The notes under the pieces are model-generated. The model made no database searches. It saw only the letters and a program-made list of their open reading frames with translations, and was not told the origin of the DNA. Below are positions 18,615-27,632 of a DNA stretch of 64,000 nt, piece by piece. The stretch comes from Candidatus Methylomirabilia bacterium (GTDB lineage Bacteria > Methylomirabilota > Methylomirabilia > Rokubacteriales > CSP1-6). The stretch spans positions 2,903 to 66,902 of the forward strand of contig JBGPTW010000011.1 in assembly GCA_041490825.1 (NCBI GenBank), given 5' to 3'. The position numbers were made by a program, and so were the translations under genes. Positions within the stretch are counted from its first letter, which is position 1; each line of letters starts with the position of its first letter.

Positions 18615-20339
18615 TCAGGACCAGTTCAGATGCGTGCGCACGAGCCGGCGCTCGACGAATCGGAAGAGGAACACGAGCGCCAGCATCCCGAGCGCGATCA
18701 CGCTCACTTGCTCCGCTTTGCCCTCGCTCCAGAGCTGCATCACGACGACCGGCAGCACCTCGTTGCCGACGGTGTAGAGCAGCACGGAGGCGGACAGCTC
18801 GCGCAGGATGATGAAGAAGATGAGGATCCAGCCCACGGCGAACGACGGCCAGGCCAGCGCCATCAGGATGCGCCGGAACGTCGTCCACCAGGGAGCGCCG
18901 TGGACGCGCGAGCACTCCTCGAGGTCGTGGGCGAGCTGCGCGAACGCGCCCGACATGGTTCGCACCGCGAGCGGCGTGCCCAGCGTGACGTACGCGACGA
19001 GGAGCGCCCACAGCGTGCCGTAGAGCTGGATCGGACCGGGCAGGAGCGCATAGGCCCACAGGAACCCGATTCCCAGCACCATGCCCGGCATCATCCACGG
19101 GAGCCACGCCAGAAGCTCCAGTGCGCGCCGTATCCGGGAACGGGTGCGGATGATCACGTAGGCGACGATGCCGCCGAGCAGCATCGTGGCCGTCGCGCCG
19201 AGAAGGCCGAGGAGCAGCGTATTGCCGAGCGCGCGCCAGACGAGACGGTTCTGCCAGACGGCCTGGTAGTGCTCCATCGTGAGCATGCTGACCCGGTAGA
19301 AGCCGACGTACTTGAAGAACGAGCCGATCAAGAGCTGGCCGACGGGCAGGCCGACAGTCACCGCGCAGAAGAGGACGCAGACGGCGAACGTGACCCAGCG
19401 CCAGCGGCCGAGCCGCGCCACGCGTGGCGTGTAGCCCTTCCCCGTCACCGTGAAGAAGCTTCGCCCGCCGAGGAGCCGCCATTGCCAGATGACGAGGCCG
19501 AACATGAGCACCATGATGCCGAAGGCCAGCGCGGTGGCCTGCTGGTAGTCCGGCCGGTTCCTGTGGTTGATCAGGCTGTAGATCTGCGTGGTGATCACGT
19601 CGATGCCGACGGGCGCCCCGAAGATCAGCGCCGACTCGAAGCTCTCCACGCCGCGGATGAACGACAAGATGAACGCGCTGGTCGTGACCGGGAGCATGAG
19701 ACCGAGCGTCACCCGTCGGAACGTCGTCCACGCAGAGGCGCCGGACATGCGGCTCGATTCCTCGAGCGACGGGTCCATCGACTTGAAGGCGCCGACGATC
19801 AGCAGGAAGAGGAACGGCGTCGAGTACTGCATCATGTGCCACACCACGCCGCCGTAGGAATAGACGTTGACGAGCGGCGCGCGGATTCCGGTGAGCCCGG
19901 TCCACGCCAGGTTGATGAGGCCGCCTTTCGGGGTGGCGAGCATGCCCCACGCCATCGCGGTGAGAATCGGCGGGATGTAGAACGGCAGCGTGATCAGGAC
20001 CTCCAGCGTGTCGCGGTACGGCGTGTCCGTGCGCGCCACGATCCACGCGAGGAAGAGCGCCAGCGTCATCGCCAGGACGGTTTTCACGAGCGAGATGCCG
20101 ATCGTGTTGAGCAGCACGATCGTGTTCTCGCGCCCGAGCATCGCGCGGTAGCCATCGAGGCTGAACGTCCCGGGCTCTCCGGGCGGCGTCGTGTGAAGGC
20201 TCCCGTACAGCAGCATCGCCATCGGATACGCGGTCAGGACCAGAAGGGTTGCGAGGAGCACCGCGAGCCCGATTCTGCGTCCGAGCGCCACCGCGTCGAA
20301 CGTCGCCACGGGTCGCACGACGCCTTCGAGCGTGATCAT
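18615..20339 (-). CDS. ABC permease (FbpB-like, duplicated TM domain)
   Basis: Two EAA-like loops (DPSLEESSRMSGAS, DLEECSRVHGA). Confidence 0.9.
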   Translation of the reverse strand: MITLEGVVRPVATFDAVALGRRIGLAVLLATLLVLTAYPMAMLLYGSLHTTPPGEPGTFSLDGYRAMLGRENTIVLLNTIGISLVKTVLAMTLALFLAWIVARTDTPYRDTLEVLITLPFYIPPILTAMAWGMLATPKGGLINLAWTGLTGIRAPLVNVYSYGGVVWHMMQYSTPFLFLLIVGAFKSMDPSLEESSRMSGASAWTTFRRVTLGLMLPVTTSAFILSFIRGVESFESALIFGAPVGIDVITTQIYSLINHRNRPDYQQATALAFGIMVLMFGLVIWQWRLLGGRSFFTVTGKGYTPRVARLGRWRWVTFAVCVLFCAVTVGLPVGQLLIGSFFKYVGFYRVSMLTMEHYQAVWQNRLVWRALGNTLLLGLLGATATMLLGGIVAYVIIRTRSRIRRALELLAWLPWMMPGMVLGIGFLWAYALLPGPIQLYGTLWALLVAYVTLGTPLAVRTMSGAFAQLAHDLEECSRVHGAPWWTTFRRILMALAWPSFAVGWILIFFIILRELSASVLLYTVGNEVLPVVVMQLWSEGKAEQVSVIALGMLALVFLFRFVERRLVRTHLNWS

Positions 20340-20378
20340 CGCGTCTCAGTTAGCTCGAGTCTCGACAGGACATCACGG

Positions 20379-21491
20379 CTAAAGTGTTCCGAGAAACTCC
20401 AGCATCGCGGCATTGACGTCGGCGGGCCGTTCCTGCTGCGTCCAGTGTCCGCATCCCGGAAGGATGATCGTCCGCCGGAGATTGGGGATGAACTGCTTCA
20501 GAGTCGGGAGGAGCTTGTCCATTCCGCGGAACGCGAGCACGAGGTCGCGGTCGCCGGCGACGTAGAGCGCGGGCACGGTCACGTTGGCGTCCGCCCACGG
20601 GGCCATCAGCTCCCAGTTCCGGTCGATGTTGCGGTACCAGTTGAGCCCACCGCGAAATCCCGAGCGCGTGAACTCGCCCGCGTAGAAGTCGACGTCCGCC
20701 TCGGTGAGCCACGCGGGAAGCGTGGCCGGACCGGCGCCGCCCCTGAGGAAGCCGCCGCCGCGGGGGACCATTGGTAGCGGGGGCCGCGTGCTCGGGACCG
20801 GCGCAGGTGGGCTGGATCGAGATGCGCGTGGCTCCGTGGTTCCCGCGGCCGGCACCGGCGCAGGTGGGCTGTATCCAGATGCGCGTGGCTCCGTGGTTCC
20901 CGTGCTCGGGACGACCGATACGGGTGGCTCCGTGCGGCCGCCACGAGGCGCATCGCCGGAGCCCCAGAACAGCATGCTGCGGATGGTGGCACGCGGGTCG
21001 CGCTCGAACTCCGCTTCTGCGACGCCCGGCTCCTGGAAGTAGAGCTGATAGAAGATCGCGTCCTCGGTCCGCGGCATGACGGTCGTGGGCCGTGCCGCGC
21101 GGCGGAGATGGTACGGGACGCTGAGACCGATCACGCCGCGGAAGCGATCGGGACGGAGCAGCGCGGCGTGCCAGGCGACCGGCGCGCCCCAGTCGTGTCC
21201 CGCGATCACCGCGGTCTCGGCCCCGAGCGCGTCCAGCAGGCCGACCATGTCGCCGACGAGATGAAAAAGCGTGTACTGGTCGATAGCGTCCGGACGATCC
21301 GTCTGTCCATAGCCGCGCTGATCGGGTGCGACGGCGTGAAAGCCAGCCTCGGCGAGCACGACGAGCTGATGCCGCCAGGAGTACCAGGATTCGGGGAACC
21401 CGTGGCAGAGGATGACGAGCGGGCCGTCGCCCGCCTCGGCCACGTGCATGCGGATGCCATTGGTCTCGACGAAGCGGTGCTCGATCTCCAT
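20379..21491 (-). CDS. alpha/beta hydrolase, epoxide hydrolase-like
   Basis: HGFPESWYSWRHQ, GHDWGA, GGLNWYRN, GCGHWTQQE; SD GGAGGA before ATG 21491. Confidence 0.9.
   Translation of the reverse strand: MEIEHRFVETNGIRMHVAEAGDGPLVILCHGFPESWYSWRHQLVVLAEAGFHAVAPDQRGYGQTDRPDAIDQYTLFHLVGDMVGLLDALGAETAVIAGHDWGAPVAWHAALLRPDRFRGVIGLSVPYHLRRAARPTTVMPRTEDAIFYQLYFQEPGVAEAEFERDPRATIRSMLFWGSGDAPRGGRTEPPVSVVPSTGTTEPRASGYSPPAPVPAAGTTEPRASRSSPPAPVPSTRPPLPMVPRGGGFLRGGAGPATLPAWLTEADVDFYAGEFTRSGFRGGLNWYRNIDRNWELMAPWADANVTVPALYVAGDRDLVLAFRGMDKLLPTLKQFIPNLRRTIILPGCGHWTQQERPADVNAAMLEFLGTL
20788..20935. repeat. 57-bp in-frame tandem repeat (2 full copies plus a partial)
   Basis: Units 20788-20844 and 20845-20901; encode TTEPRASGYSPPAPVPAAG / TTEPRASRSSPPAPVPSTR. 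Confidence 0.88.
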
Positions 21492-21614
21492 GCGTCCTCC
21501 TGCATGCCCATTGTCGAGGCGCGTCGATGATGAGCCCCGACACGCTCCGGAGCAAGCTGCGATGCGCGGTCGGGCTGAGCCGGGACTCACGGAAAACGGT
21601 ATACTTTACCGACG

Positions 21615-23090
21615 ATGGCGACCTTGACTGACACGCGGAAGCAGCAGGTGCGCCGCGAGCTGGACTCCATGCTCGGCCGCGGTGGCGTGCTGAGCGATCC
21701 CGACGAGCTGCTCGTCTACGAATCCGACGGGCTGACGCTCTTCCGGGCGCTCGCGGACTTCGTGGTGTTTCCGACCTCGACCGAGCAGGTGGCCGCGATC
21801 GTGAAGCTGGCCAATCGCGAGAATCTGCCGTTCGTCGCGCGCGGCGCCGGCACCGGGCTCTCGGGCGGCTGCCTGCCGTCCGAGGGCGGCATCGTGATCT
21901 CGTTGATGCGCATGAATCGCGTCCTGGAGGTCGATTACGACAACCAGATCGCGGTGGTCGAGCCCGGTCTCGTGAATCTCCATCTGTCGTGGAAGGTCGG
22001 CCCGCGCGGCTACTACTACGCGCCCGATCCGTCCAGCCAGCAGGCGTGCACGATCGGCGGCAACATCGCCAACAACTCCGGTGGCCCGCACACGCTGAAG
22101 TACGGGGTGACGACGAACCACGTCCTCGGGCTGGAAGTCGTCATGCCCGACGGTGAGATCGTGTGGCTCGGCGGCAAAACGCGCGAGACCCCGGGCTACG
22201 ACGTCGTCGGCGTGTTCGTCGGGTCGGAGGGGACGTTCGGGATCGCCACGAAGATCGTCGTCAGGATCTTGAAGAAGCCGCAGGCCGTGAAGACGGTGCT
22301 CGCTGTCTTCAACGAGGTGAATCGGGCGTCCGCCGCGGTGTCGGCGATCATCGCGCGGGGCCTGGTGCCGGCGGCGGTGGAGATGATCGATCAGCTCACG
22401 ATGCAGGCCGTCGAGGACGCGTTCGGGTGCGGCTATCCCCGGGACGCGGCGGCCGCGCTGCTGATCGAGATCGACGGGCTGGCGGTCGGCATGGAGACGC
22501 TAGCCGATCGGATCGTCGAGGCGTGCCGCGAATGCGGCGCGCGCGACGTGCGAACCGCGCGGGACGAGACCGAGCGGCAACTTCTCTGGAAAGGACGCAA
22601 GTCCGCGTTCGGTGCCTACGGCCGCATCTCCCCAGCGTACATGGTGATGGACGGCGTGATCCCGAGGACCAAGTTGCCGTACGTGCTCGGGCGCGTGAAC
22701 GAGATCGTCGGCGCTCATGGGCTCCGGGTCGGCAACGTCTTCCACGCCGGCGACGGCAACCTGCATCCGAACATCCTGTACGATCCGCGCATCGAAGGCG
22801 AAGAAGCGCGGGTCGTCGCCGCCGGTGCCGAGATCATGAAGGTCTGTGCCGAGGTGGGCGGATCGATCTCGGGCGAGCATGGGATCGGGCTCGAGAAGGC
22901 CGATTTCATGCCGTTCATCTTCTCCGCCGCCGATCTCGAGCTGATGACCCGACTCAAGGCCGCGTTCAATCCGACGAACCTTTGCAATCCAGGCAAGATC
23001 TTCCCGACCAAGAAGTCCTGCGTCGAGGTCGGTCCCGTCGCGTATCGCCCGCACGCCATCGAAGCGAAGGGTCTGGCCCAGCGCTTCTAG
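21615..23090 (+). CDS. glcD: glycolate oxidase-type FAD-linked subunit
   Basis: RGAGTGLSGG, PDPSSQQACTIGGN, FHAGDGNLHP, SGEHGIG. Confidence 0.92.
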   Translation: MATLTDTRKQQVRRELDSMLGRGGVLSDPDELLVYESDGLTLFRALADFVVFPTSTEQVAAIVKLANRENLPFVARGAGTGLSGGCLPSEGGIVISLMRMNRVLEVDYDNQIAVVEPGLVNLHLSWKVGPRGYYYAPDPSSQQACTIGGNIANNSGGPHTLKYGVTTNHVLGLEVVMPDGEIVWLGGKTRETPGYDVVGVFVGSEGTFGIATKIVVRILKKPQAVKTVLAVFNEVNRASAAVSAIIARGLVPAAVEMIDQLTMQAVEDAFGCGYPRDAAAALLIEIDGLAVGMETLADRIVEACRECGARDVRTARDETERQLLWKGRKSAFGAYGRISPAYMVMDGVIPRTKLPYVLGRVNEIVGAHGLRVGNVFHAGDGNLHPNILYDPRIEGEEARVVAAGAEIMKVCAEVGGSISGEHGIGLEKADFMPFIFSAADLELMTRLKAAFNPTNLCNPGKIFPTKKSCVEVGPVAYRPHAIEAKGLAQRF

Positions 23091-23112
23091 GCGCCGGGCC
23101 GGGACGGACGGC

Positions 23113-24423
23113 ATGGAAGCCGCACTGCTCGACAAGGTTCGCTCTGTCGTCGGCGCCGATCACGTGCTGACCGGTGTCGATCTCTCGCCGTTCGTCATCG
23201 AAGGACGAACGCCGGACGCCGCGGTGTTTCCCGGATCGACCGAGGAAGCGCGCGCCGTCGTCGCGCTCGCCGCCGAGCATGCCGTACCGATCATGCCCTG
23301 GGGCGGAGGAACGGCGGCAGCGGTCGGGCTGCCCGTCGCGTGGTCCGGGCTCGTGCTGGGCCTCACGCGGCTCAACCGGATCGTCGAGCACGAGCCTGGC
23401 GATTTGACGGTGACGGTGGAAGCCGGCCTCACGCTCGGCGCGCTGCAGGCGGCGCTGCACGCGCGAGGCCAGTGGCTGTCGCTGGATCCGCCGGAGCCGG
23501 ACCGCGCCACGCTGGGCGGCATCATCGCCGTGAACGCGGCAGGCCCGCGGCGCCATCTGTACGGGACCGCTCGTGACCTCTTGATCGGGGTGACGGTCGT
23601 CACCGGGAATGGCGCCGTCGTCCGTGGCGGCGGCAAGGTCGTGAAGAACGTCGCCGGCTATGATCTCCCAAAGCTCTTCATCGGCTCGTACGGCACGCTC
23701 GGCGTGATCACCGAGATGACGCTCAAGCTCCGGCCGGTGCCGGATCACGAACGATTCGTGGCGGTCAGCTTCGAGCGCATGAAGGAAGCGGGCGGCTGTG
23801 TCCGCGCGATCATGGCCTCGGATCTCATTCCGGCGGTGATCGACCTTCTTGACAGCGAGGCCATGCGGGCGCTCGCGCTCAGGGGGCCGGCGCTCGTGGT
23901 GGGCTTCGATGGGCTTGCCGAGCAGGTCGACTGGCAATGTCGTGAGCTCGTGCGTATAGCATCCGGTTTCAGTGGCCGCGACGCGGGGCCGCTCACACCC
24001 GAGGTCGCCGCTCGCCTCGGGACGGCGGCGCGCGACGCGTTCCCGCAGCCGGCATCGGTGATGCACTTTTCCGTGCTGCCGACGCACGTGGCCGACACGA
24101 TCGAGCAGGCGACGAGCGCCGCGCGCTCCCGCGGGCTCGTCTCGGCATGGGCCGCGCATGCCGGCGTCGGCGTCGTGACCGGCGCACTGGCGTCCACGCG
24201 CACGCAGGCGACGGGCCCTGTCGTCTCCGCGCTCGATGACTGGCGCACGATCGCGCACGCCAACAGCGGTTTCGCCACGCTGGAATCGGCCCCACTCGCG
24301 GTGAAGGCGGCGGTCCCGGTGTGGGACGACATGGGGGCAGTCGCGCGCGTCATGCAGCGCATCAAGGCGCAGCTCGATCCCACCAACATCTTGAATCCTG
24401 GTCGCTTCGTGGCAGGAATCTGA
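23113..24423 (+). CDS. glcE: glycolate oxidase-type FAD-binding subunit
   Basis: GGGKVVKNVAGYDLPKLF, DPTNILNPGR. Confidence 0.9.
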   Translation: MEAALLDKVRSVVGADHVLTGVDLSPFVIEGRTPDAAVFPGSTEEARAVVALAAEHAVPIMPWGGGTAAAVGLPVAWSGLVLGLTRLNRIVEHEPGDLTVTVEAGLTLGALQAALHARGQWLSLDPPEPDRATLGGIIAVNAAGPRRHLYGTARDLLIGVTVVTGNGAVVRGGGKVVKNVAGYDLPKLFIGSYGTLGVITEMTLKLRPVPDHERFVAVSFERMKEAGGCVRAIMASDLIPAVIDLLDSEAMRALALRGPALVVGFDGLAEQVDWQCRELVRIASGFSGRDAGPLTPEVAARLGTAARDAFPQPASVMHFSVLPTHVADTIEQATSAARSRGLVSAWAAHAGVGVVTGALASTRTQATGPVVSALDDWRTIAHANSGFATLESAPLAVKAAVPVWDDMGAVARVMQRIKAQLDPTNILNPGRFVAGI

Positions 24424-24429
24424 GAGCAG

Positions 24430-25836
24430 ATGACGCAGACCATCTCTGAACGCTCGACCACGACGCCACGCCCGCTCCAGCTTCACGGTCTCTCGGTCGA
24501 GGGCGTCAATCAGTGCGTGCACTGCGGGCTGTGCCTGGCGTACTGTCCGACCTTTTCCGAGCTGGGCACGGAGATGGACTCGCCGCGCGGCCGGATCTTC
24601 CTCATCAAGTCGCTGGCCGAGGGGCGCATCGCGCTGACGGACTCGACCGTCGACCATCTCTCGCTCTGCCTCGACTGCCGCGCGTGCGAGACCGTGTGCC
24701 CGGCCGGCGTGCCGTACGGCCGGCTGATCGAGGCCGCGAAGGCGGAGATCGAGACGCAGCGCCCCGGATCGATGGTGCGTCGTGTGTTCCGCTGGCTGAA
24801 TTTTGGGCTGCTGCTCGAGCATCCCGCGATGCTGCGTGTTGCCGCGACCGCGCTGCGCCTGTATCAGGCGAGCGGGTTGCAGAGCGTCGCGCGTCGGACC
24901 GGCCTCACGCGCCTGCTCCCGGGAACACTGCCCGCGTGGGAGGCGCTGCTGCCGCGCATGCCGTCACGCGCCGAGCGCGCGCCGCTGCCGCCCGTGATGC
25001 CTGCCGACGGGCCCCGACGCTCTCGCGTCGCGATGCTGACCGGCTGCGTGCAGTCCATCGTCTTCGGCGATCACAACCGCGCGACCGCGCGAGTGCTCGC
25101 GAAGAACGGCCTCGAGGTGGTGGTGCCACAGAGCCAGGGCTGCTGCGGCGCGCTCAACGCGCACGGCGGCGATCACGCGCGCGCGGTCGACATGGCGCGG
25201 CGCCTCATCGACGCGTTCGAAAACACGGGCGCCGAGGCGGTCATCGTGAACACGTCCGGTTGCGGCGCGCACATGAAAGCGTATGGCACGCTGCTGGCGG
25301 ACGACCCGCGTTATGCCGCGCGGGCCCAGCGCTTCGCAGCGTCGGTCAAGGACGTCGCGGAGTTCCTCGCGCGCGAACCGTTACGTGGCCCACTCCAGCC
25401 CGTGCCCATGACCGTGACGTATCACGATCCCTGCCACGTCGTGCATGGTCAGAAGATCCAGACGCAGCCACGGCAGCTCCTCGCACAGATTCCGGGACTG
25501 TGTGTCGTCGATCTTCCGGAATCGGACTGGTGTTGCGGCTCGGCGGGCATCTACAACCTCACGCAGCCCGAGATGGCGGGCCGGCTGCTGCACCGAAAGA
25601 TCGGCCACGTGCTCGAGACCGGAGCCGAGGCCGTCGTCACCGCCAACCCCGGCTGCATCTTGCAGATCCAGCAAGGGTTGCAAGCGCACGGCTCGTCCGT
25701 CCGCGTGCTGCACATCGTCGAGATTCTCGATCGGGCTTATCGTCGTGCTGGGGGCCCCGAAATGGCCCCCAGACCCCCAACCCTCGGAGCGCTCCGGGGA
25801 ACCCGTAGCGCTCCTCGACTCCTCCCCCAGCGATGA
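24430..25836 (+). CDS. glcF: glycolate oxidase-type iron-sulfur subunit
   Basis: Two CxxCxxCxxxC motifs, CCG domains (GCCGAL, YHDPCH, CCGSAGIYN); C-terminus derived from a repeat. Confidence 0.92.
   Translation: MTQTISERSTTTPRPLQLHGLSVEGVNQCVHCGLCLAYCPTFSELGTEMDSPRGRIFLIKSLAEGRIALTDSTVDHLSLCLDCRACETVCPAGVPYGRLIEAAKAEIETQRPGSMVRRVFRWLNFGLLLEHPAMLRVAATALRLYQASGLQSVARRTGLTRLLPGTLPAWEALLPRMPSRAERAPLPPVMPADGPRRSRVAMLTGCVQSIVFGDHNRATARVLAKNGLEVVVPQSQGCCGALNAHGGDHARAVDMARRLIDAFENTGAEAVIVNTSGCGAHMKAYGTLLADDPRYAARAQRFAASVKDVAEFLAREPLRGPLQPVPMTVTYHDPCHVVHGQKIQTQPRQLLAQIPGLCVVDLPESDWCCGSAGIYNLTQPEMAGRLLHRKIGHVLETGAEAVVTANPGCILQIQQGLQAHGSSVRVLHIVEILDRAYRRAGGPEMAPRPPTLGALRGTRSAPRLLPQR
25749..25818 (+). 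repeat. two-hairpin REP-like element, copy 4 (inside the glcF coding frame)
   Basis: TGGGGGCC-CCGAAAT-GGCCCCCA; GGAGCGCT...AGCGCTCC; CCTCGA. Confidence 0.9.
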
Positions 25837-26351
25837 CGGATCCAGCGTCCACCCCACGCGAGCACAAGGCGCACGCGCCACAAGCGATCGGCTGTTACGT
25901 CCTCACGATCTCCGATTCGAAGACCCCCGACACCGATACGAGCGGCGCCGCGATTCGCGAGCTCCTCACCGCCGCCGGTCACCCTGTCCTCGGGTCGACG
26001 ATCGTCCGTGACGAGCCGGACGCGGTCCGCCGCGTGATCGCAGAGGCGTGTGCCCGGGCCGAGATCCAGGCGATCATCCTGACGGGAGGCACCGGCATCA
26101 CGTCGCGCGACTCCACGTTCGAAGCGGTCGAAGGCTTGCTCGACAAGCGGCTGCCCGGGTTCGGTGAGCTGTTCCGCATGCTCTCCTACCAGGAGATCGG
26201 CGCGGCCGCGATGTTGTCGCGGGCCCAGATGGGAATCCACCAGCGCCGCATCGTCGTGTCGCTCCCGGGCTCACCGAACGCGTGCCGGCTGGCGCTCGAG
26301 AAGCTCCTCATCCCCGAGCTGCCGCACCTGGTGCGCGAAGTGAGCCGATAG
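25833..26351 (+). CDS. moaB: molybdenum cofactor biosynthesis protein B (MoaB/Mog family)
   Basis: VLTISDS, ILTGGTGITSRDST, PGFGELFRMLSY, SLPGSPNA. Confidence 0.9.
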   Translation: MTDPASTPREHKAHAPQAIGCYVLTISDSKTPDTDTSGAAIRELLTAAGHPVLGSTIVRDEPDAVRRVIAEACARAEIQAIILTGGTGITSRDSTFEAVEGLLDKRLPGFGELFRMLSYQEIGAAAMLSRAQMGIHQRRIVVSLPGSPNACRLALEKLLIPELPHLVREVSR

Positions 26352-26395
26352 ACGGCGGCGCTATACTGGTCGGCGCGACTTCCAAGGAGGTCTCG

Positions 26396-27499
26396 ATGAT
26401 CCGCTCGCCCTTCCGCGTGCTCGTCGCTCTCGCCATTTTCGGCGTTTCGGTCATCGGTTGCGCCGGCCCCGTTCGGGCCCAGAACGGCGGGGCTCAGCAA
26501 GCCGATGCCGTTCACTGGAAGGAAAGCCCGACCAGTGAGCCGGCGCCGGAGCTGGCTCGATTCAACGAGCTGCTCGCCGGACTCGCCGATAGCTTGAAGC
26601 CGGGTCTCGTCAACATCCGCGTGCGCCGGACAGCGGCCAAGGGCGACGCTGACGAGCCCGTGGAAGGCCGGCGCAGCACCGGGTCAGGCTTCGTCATCGA
26701 CGAGAGCGGGTTGATCGTCACGAACGCCCACGTCGTCGACAGTGCCGAGACCATCGAGGTCCGGCTGGCCGACGGCCGGCGCTTTCCCGGGAAGGTCATC
26801 GGCAAGGACAACCGCGTCGACCTGGCGCTGCTCAAGATCGAGGGCGCCGCGAACCTCAGCGCGCTGCCGATCGGCGATTCGAACCGGCTGCGCGTGGGGG
26901 AGTTCGTGATGGCGCTCGGGCATCCCTTCGGGCTCGAGCACAGCGTGTCGTTCGGCATCGTCAGTCGCAAGGGCGCGCCGCTGACCGTGGCCGCTCCGGG
27001 ATTCGATTTCATCCAGACCGACGCCGCGATCAATCCCGGAAACTCCGGCGGGCCGCTCGTCAACATGGCGGGTCAGGTCGTCGGCGTGAACAGCATGGCG
27101 GCGCGGAACGGCTCGATCGGGTTCGCGATTCCGGCGAACCTCGTGAAGCTCCTCGTGCCGCAGCTCGCCGCGAAAGGCAAGGTCGAGTGGGGCTGGCTCG
27201 GCGTCAGCATCGCGGAGGTCACCGACGACGATCTCGGCCGATTGAAGCTCAACGAGGCCAAGGGCGTCCTCATCCGGTCCGTCATGCCCGGCGAGCCCGC
27301 GGACAAGGGTGGAGTCAAGGCCGACGACGTCGTCGTGAAGGTGGACGGCACGCCGATGGCCACGCCGCGCGATCTGCAGCGCGTCGTGTCATCGGCCCCG
27401 GTTGGCAAGCGCGTGCGGCTGGTCGTCGTGCGCGAGGGCCAGGAGCACGAGGTCGACGTGACGGTTGGCGCCTACAAGGAGCCCCCGGCCGAGAAATAA
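26396..27499 (+). CDS. HtrA/DegP-like serine protease with PDZ domain
   Basis: Signal peptide; intact triad (TNAHVV, VDLAL, NPGNSGGPL); one PDZ. Confidence 0.92.
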   Translation: MIRSPFRVLVALAIFGVSVIGCAGPVRAQNGGAQQADAVHWKESPTSEPAPELARFNELLAGLADSLKPGLVNIRVRRTAAKGDADEPVEGRRSTGSGFVIDESGLIVTNAHVVDSAETIEVRLADGRRFPGKVIGKDNRVDLALLKIEGAANLSALPIGDSNRLRVGEFVMALGHPFGLEHSVSFGIVSRKGAPLTVAAPGFDFIQTDAAINPGNSGGPLVNMAGQVVGVNSMAARNGSIGFAIPANLVKLLVPQLAAKGKVEWGWLGVSIAEVTDDDLGRLKLNEAKGVLIRSVMPGEPADKGGVKADDVVVKVDGTPMATPRDLQRVVSSAPVGKRVRLVVVREGQEHEVDVTVGAYKEPPAEK

Positions 27500-27529
27500 C
27501 ACCGGGGGCCAGATCCGCGGCGGCCACGT

Positions 27530-27632
27530 TCAGTGCCTGGGATGTTGGCCGACGCGATTGTTCATGAGCGCGCTGCAGGTCGCAACCGAGAACGGCACGA
27601 AGTAGGTCAGGAGGAGCTTCAGGACCGTATCA
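27530..27632 (-). pseudogene. 3' remnant resembling the C-terminus of the NrtS small nitrate/nitrite transporter
   Basis: VLKLLLTYFVPFSVATCSAL matches the recalled K-x-x-LTY-x-VP-x-x-V-x-T-x-x-A pattern; no matching N-terminal half. Confidence 0.35.
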
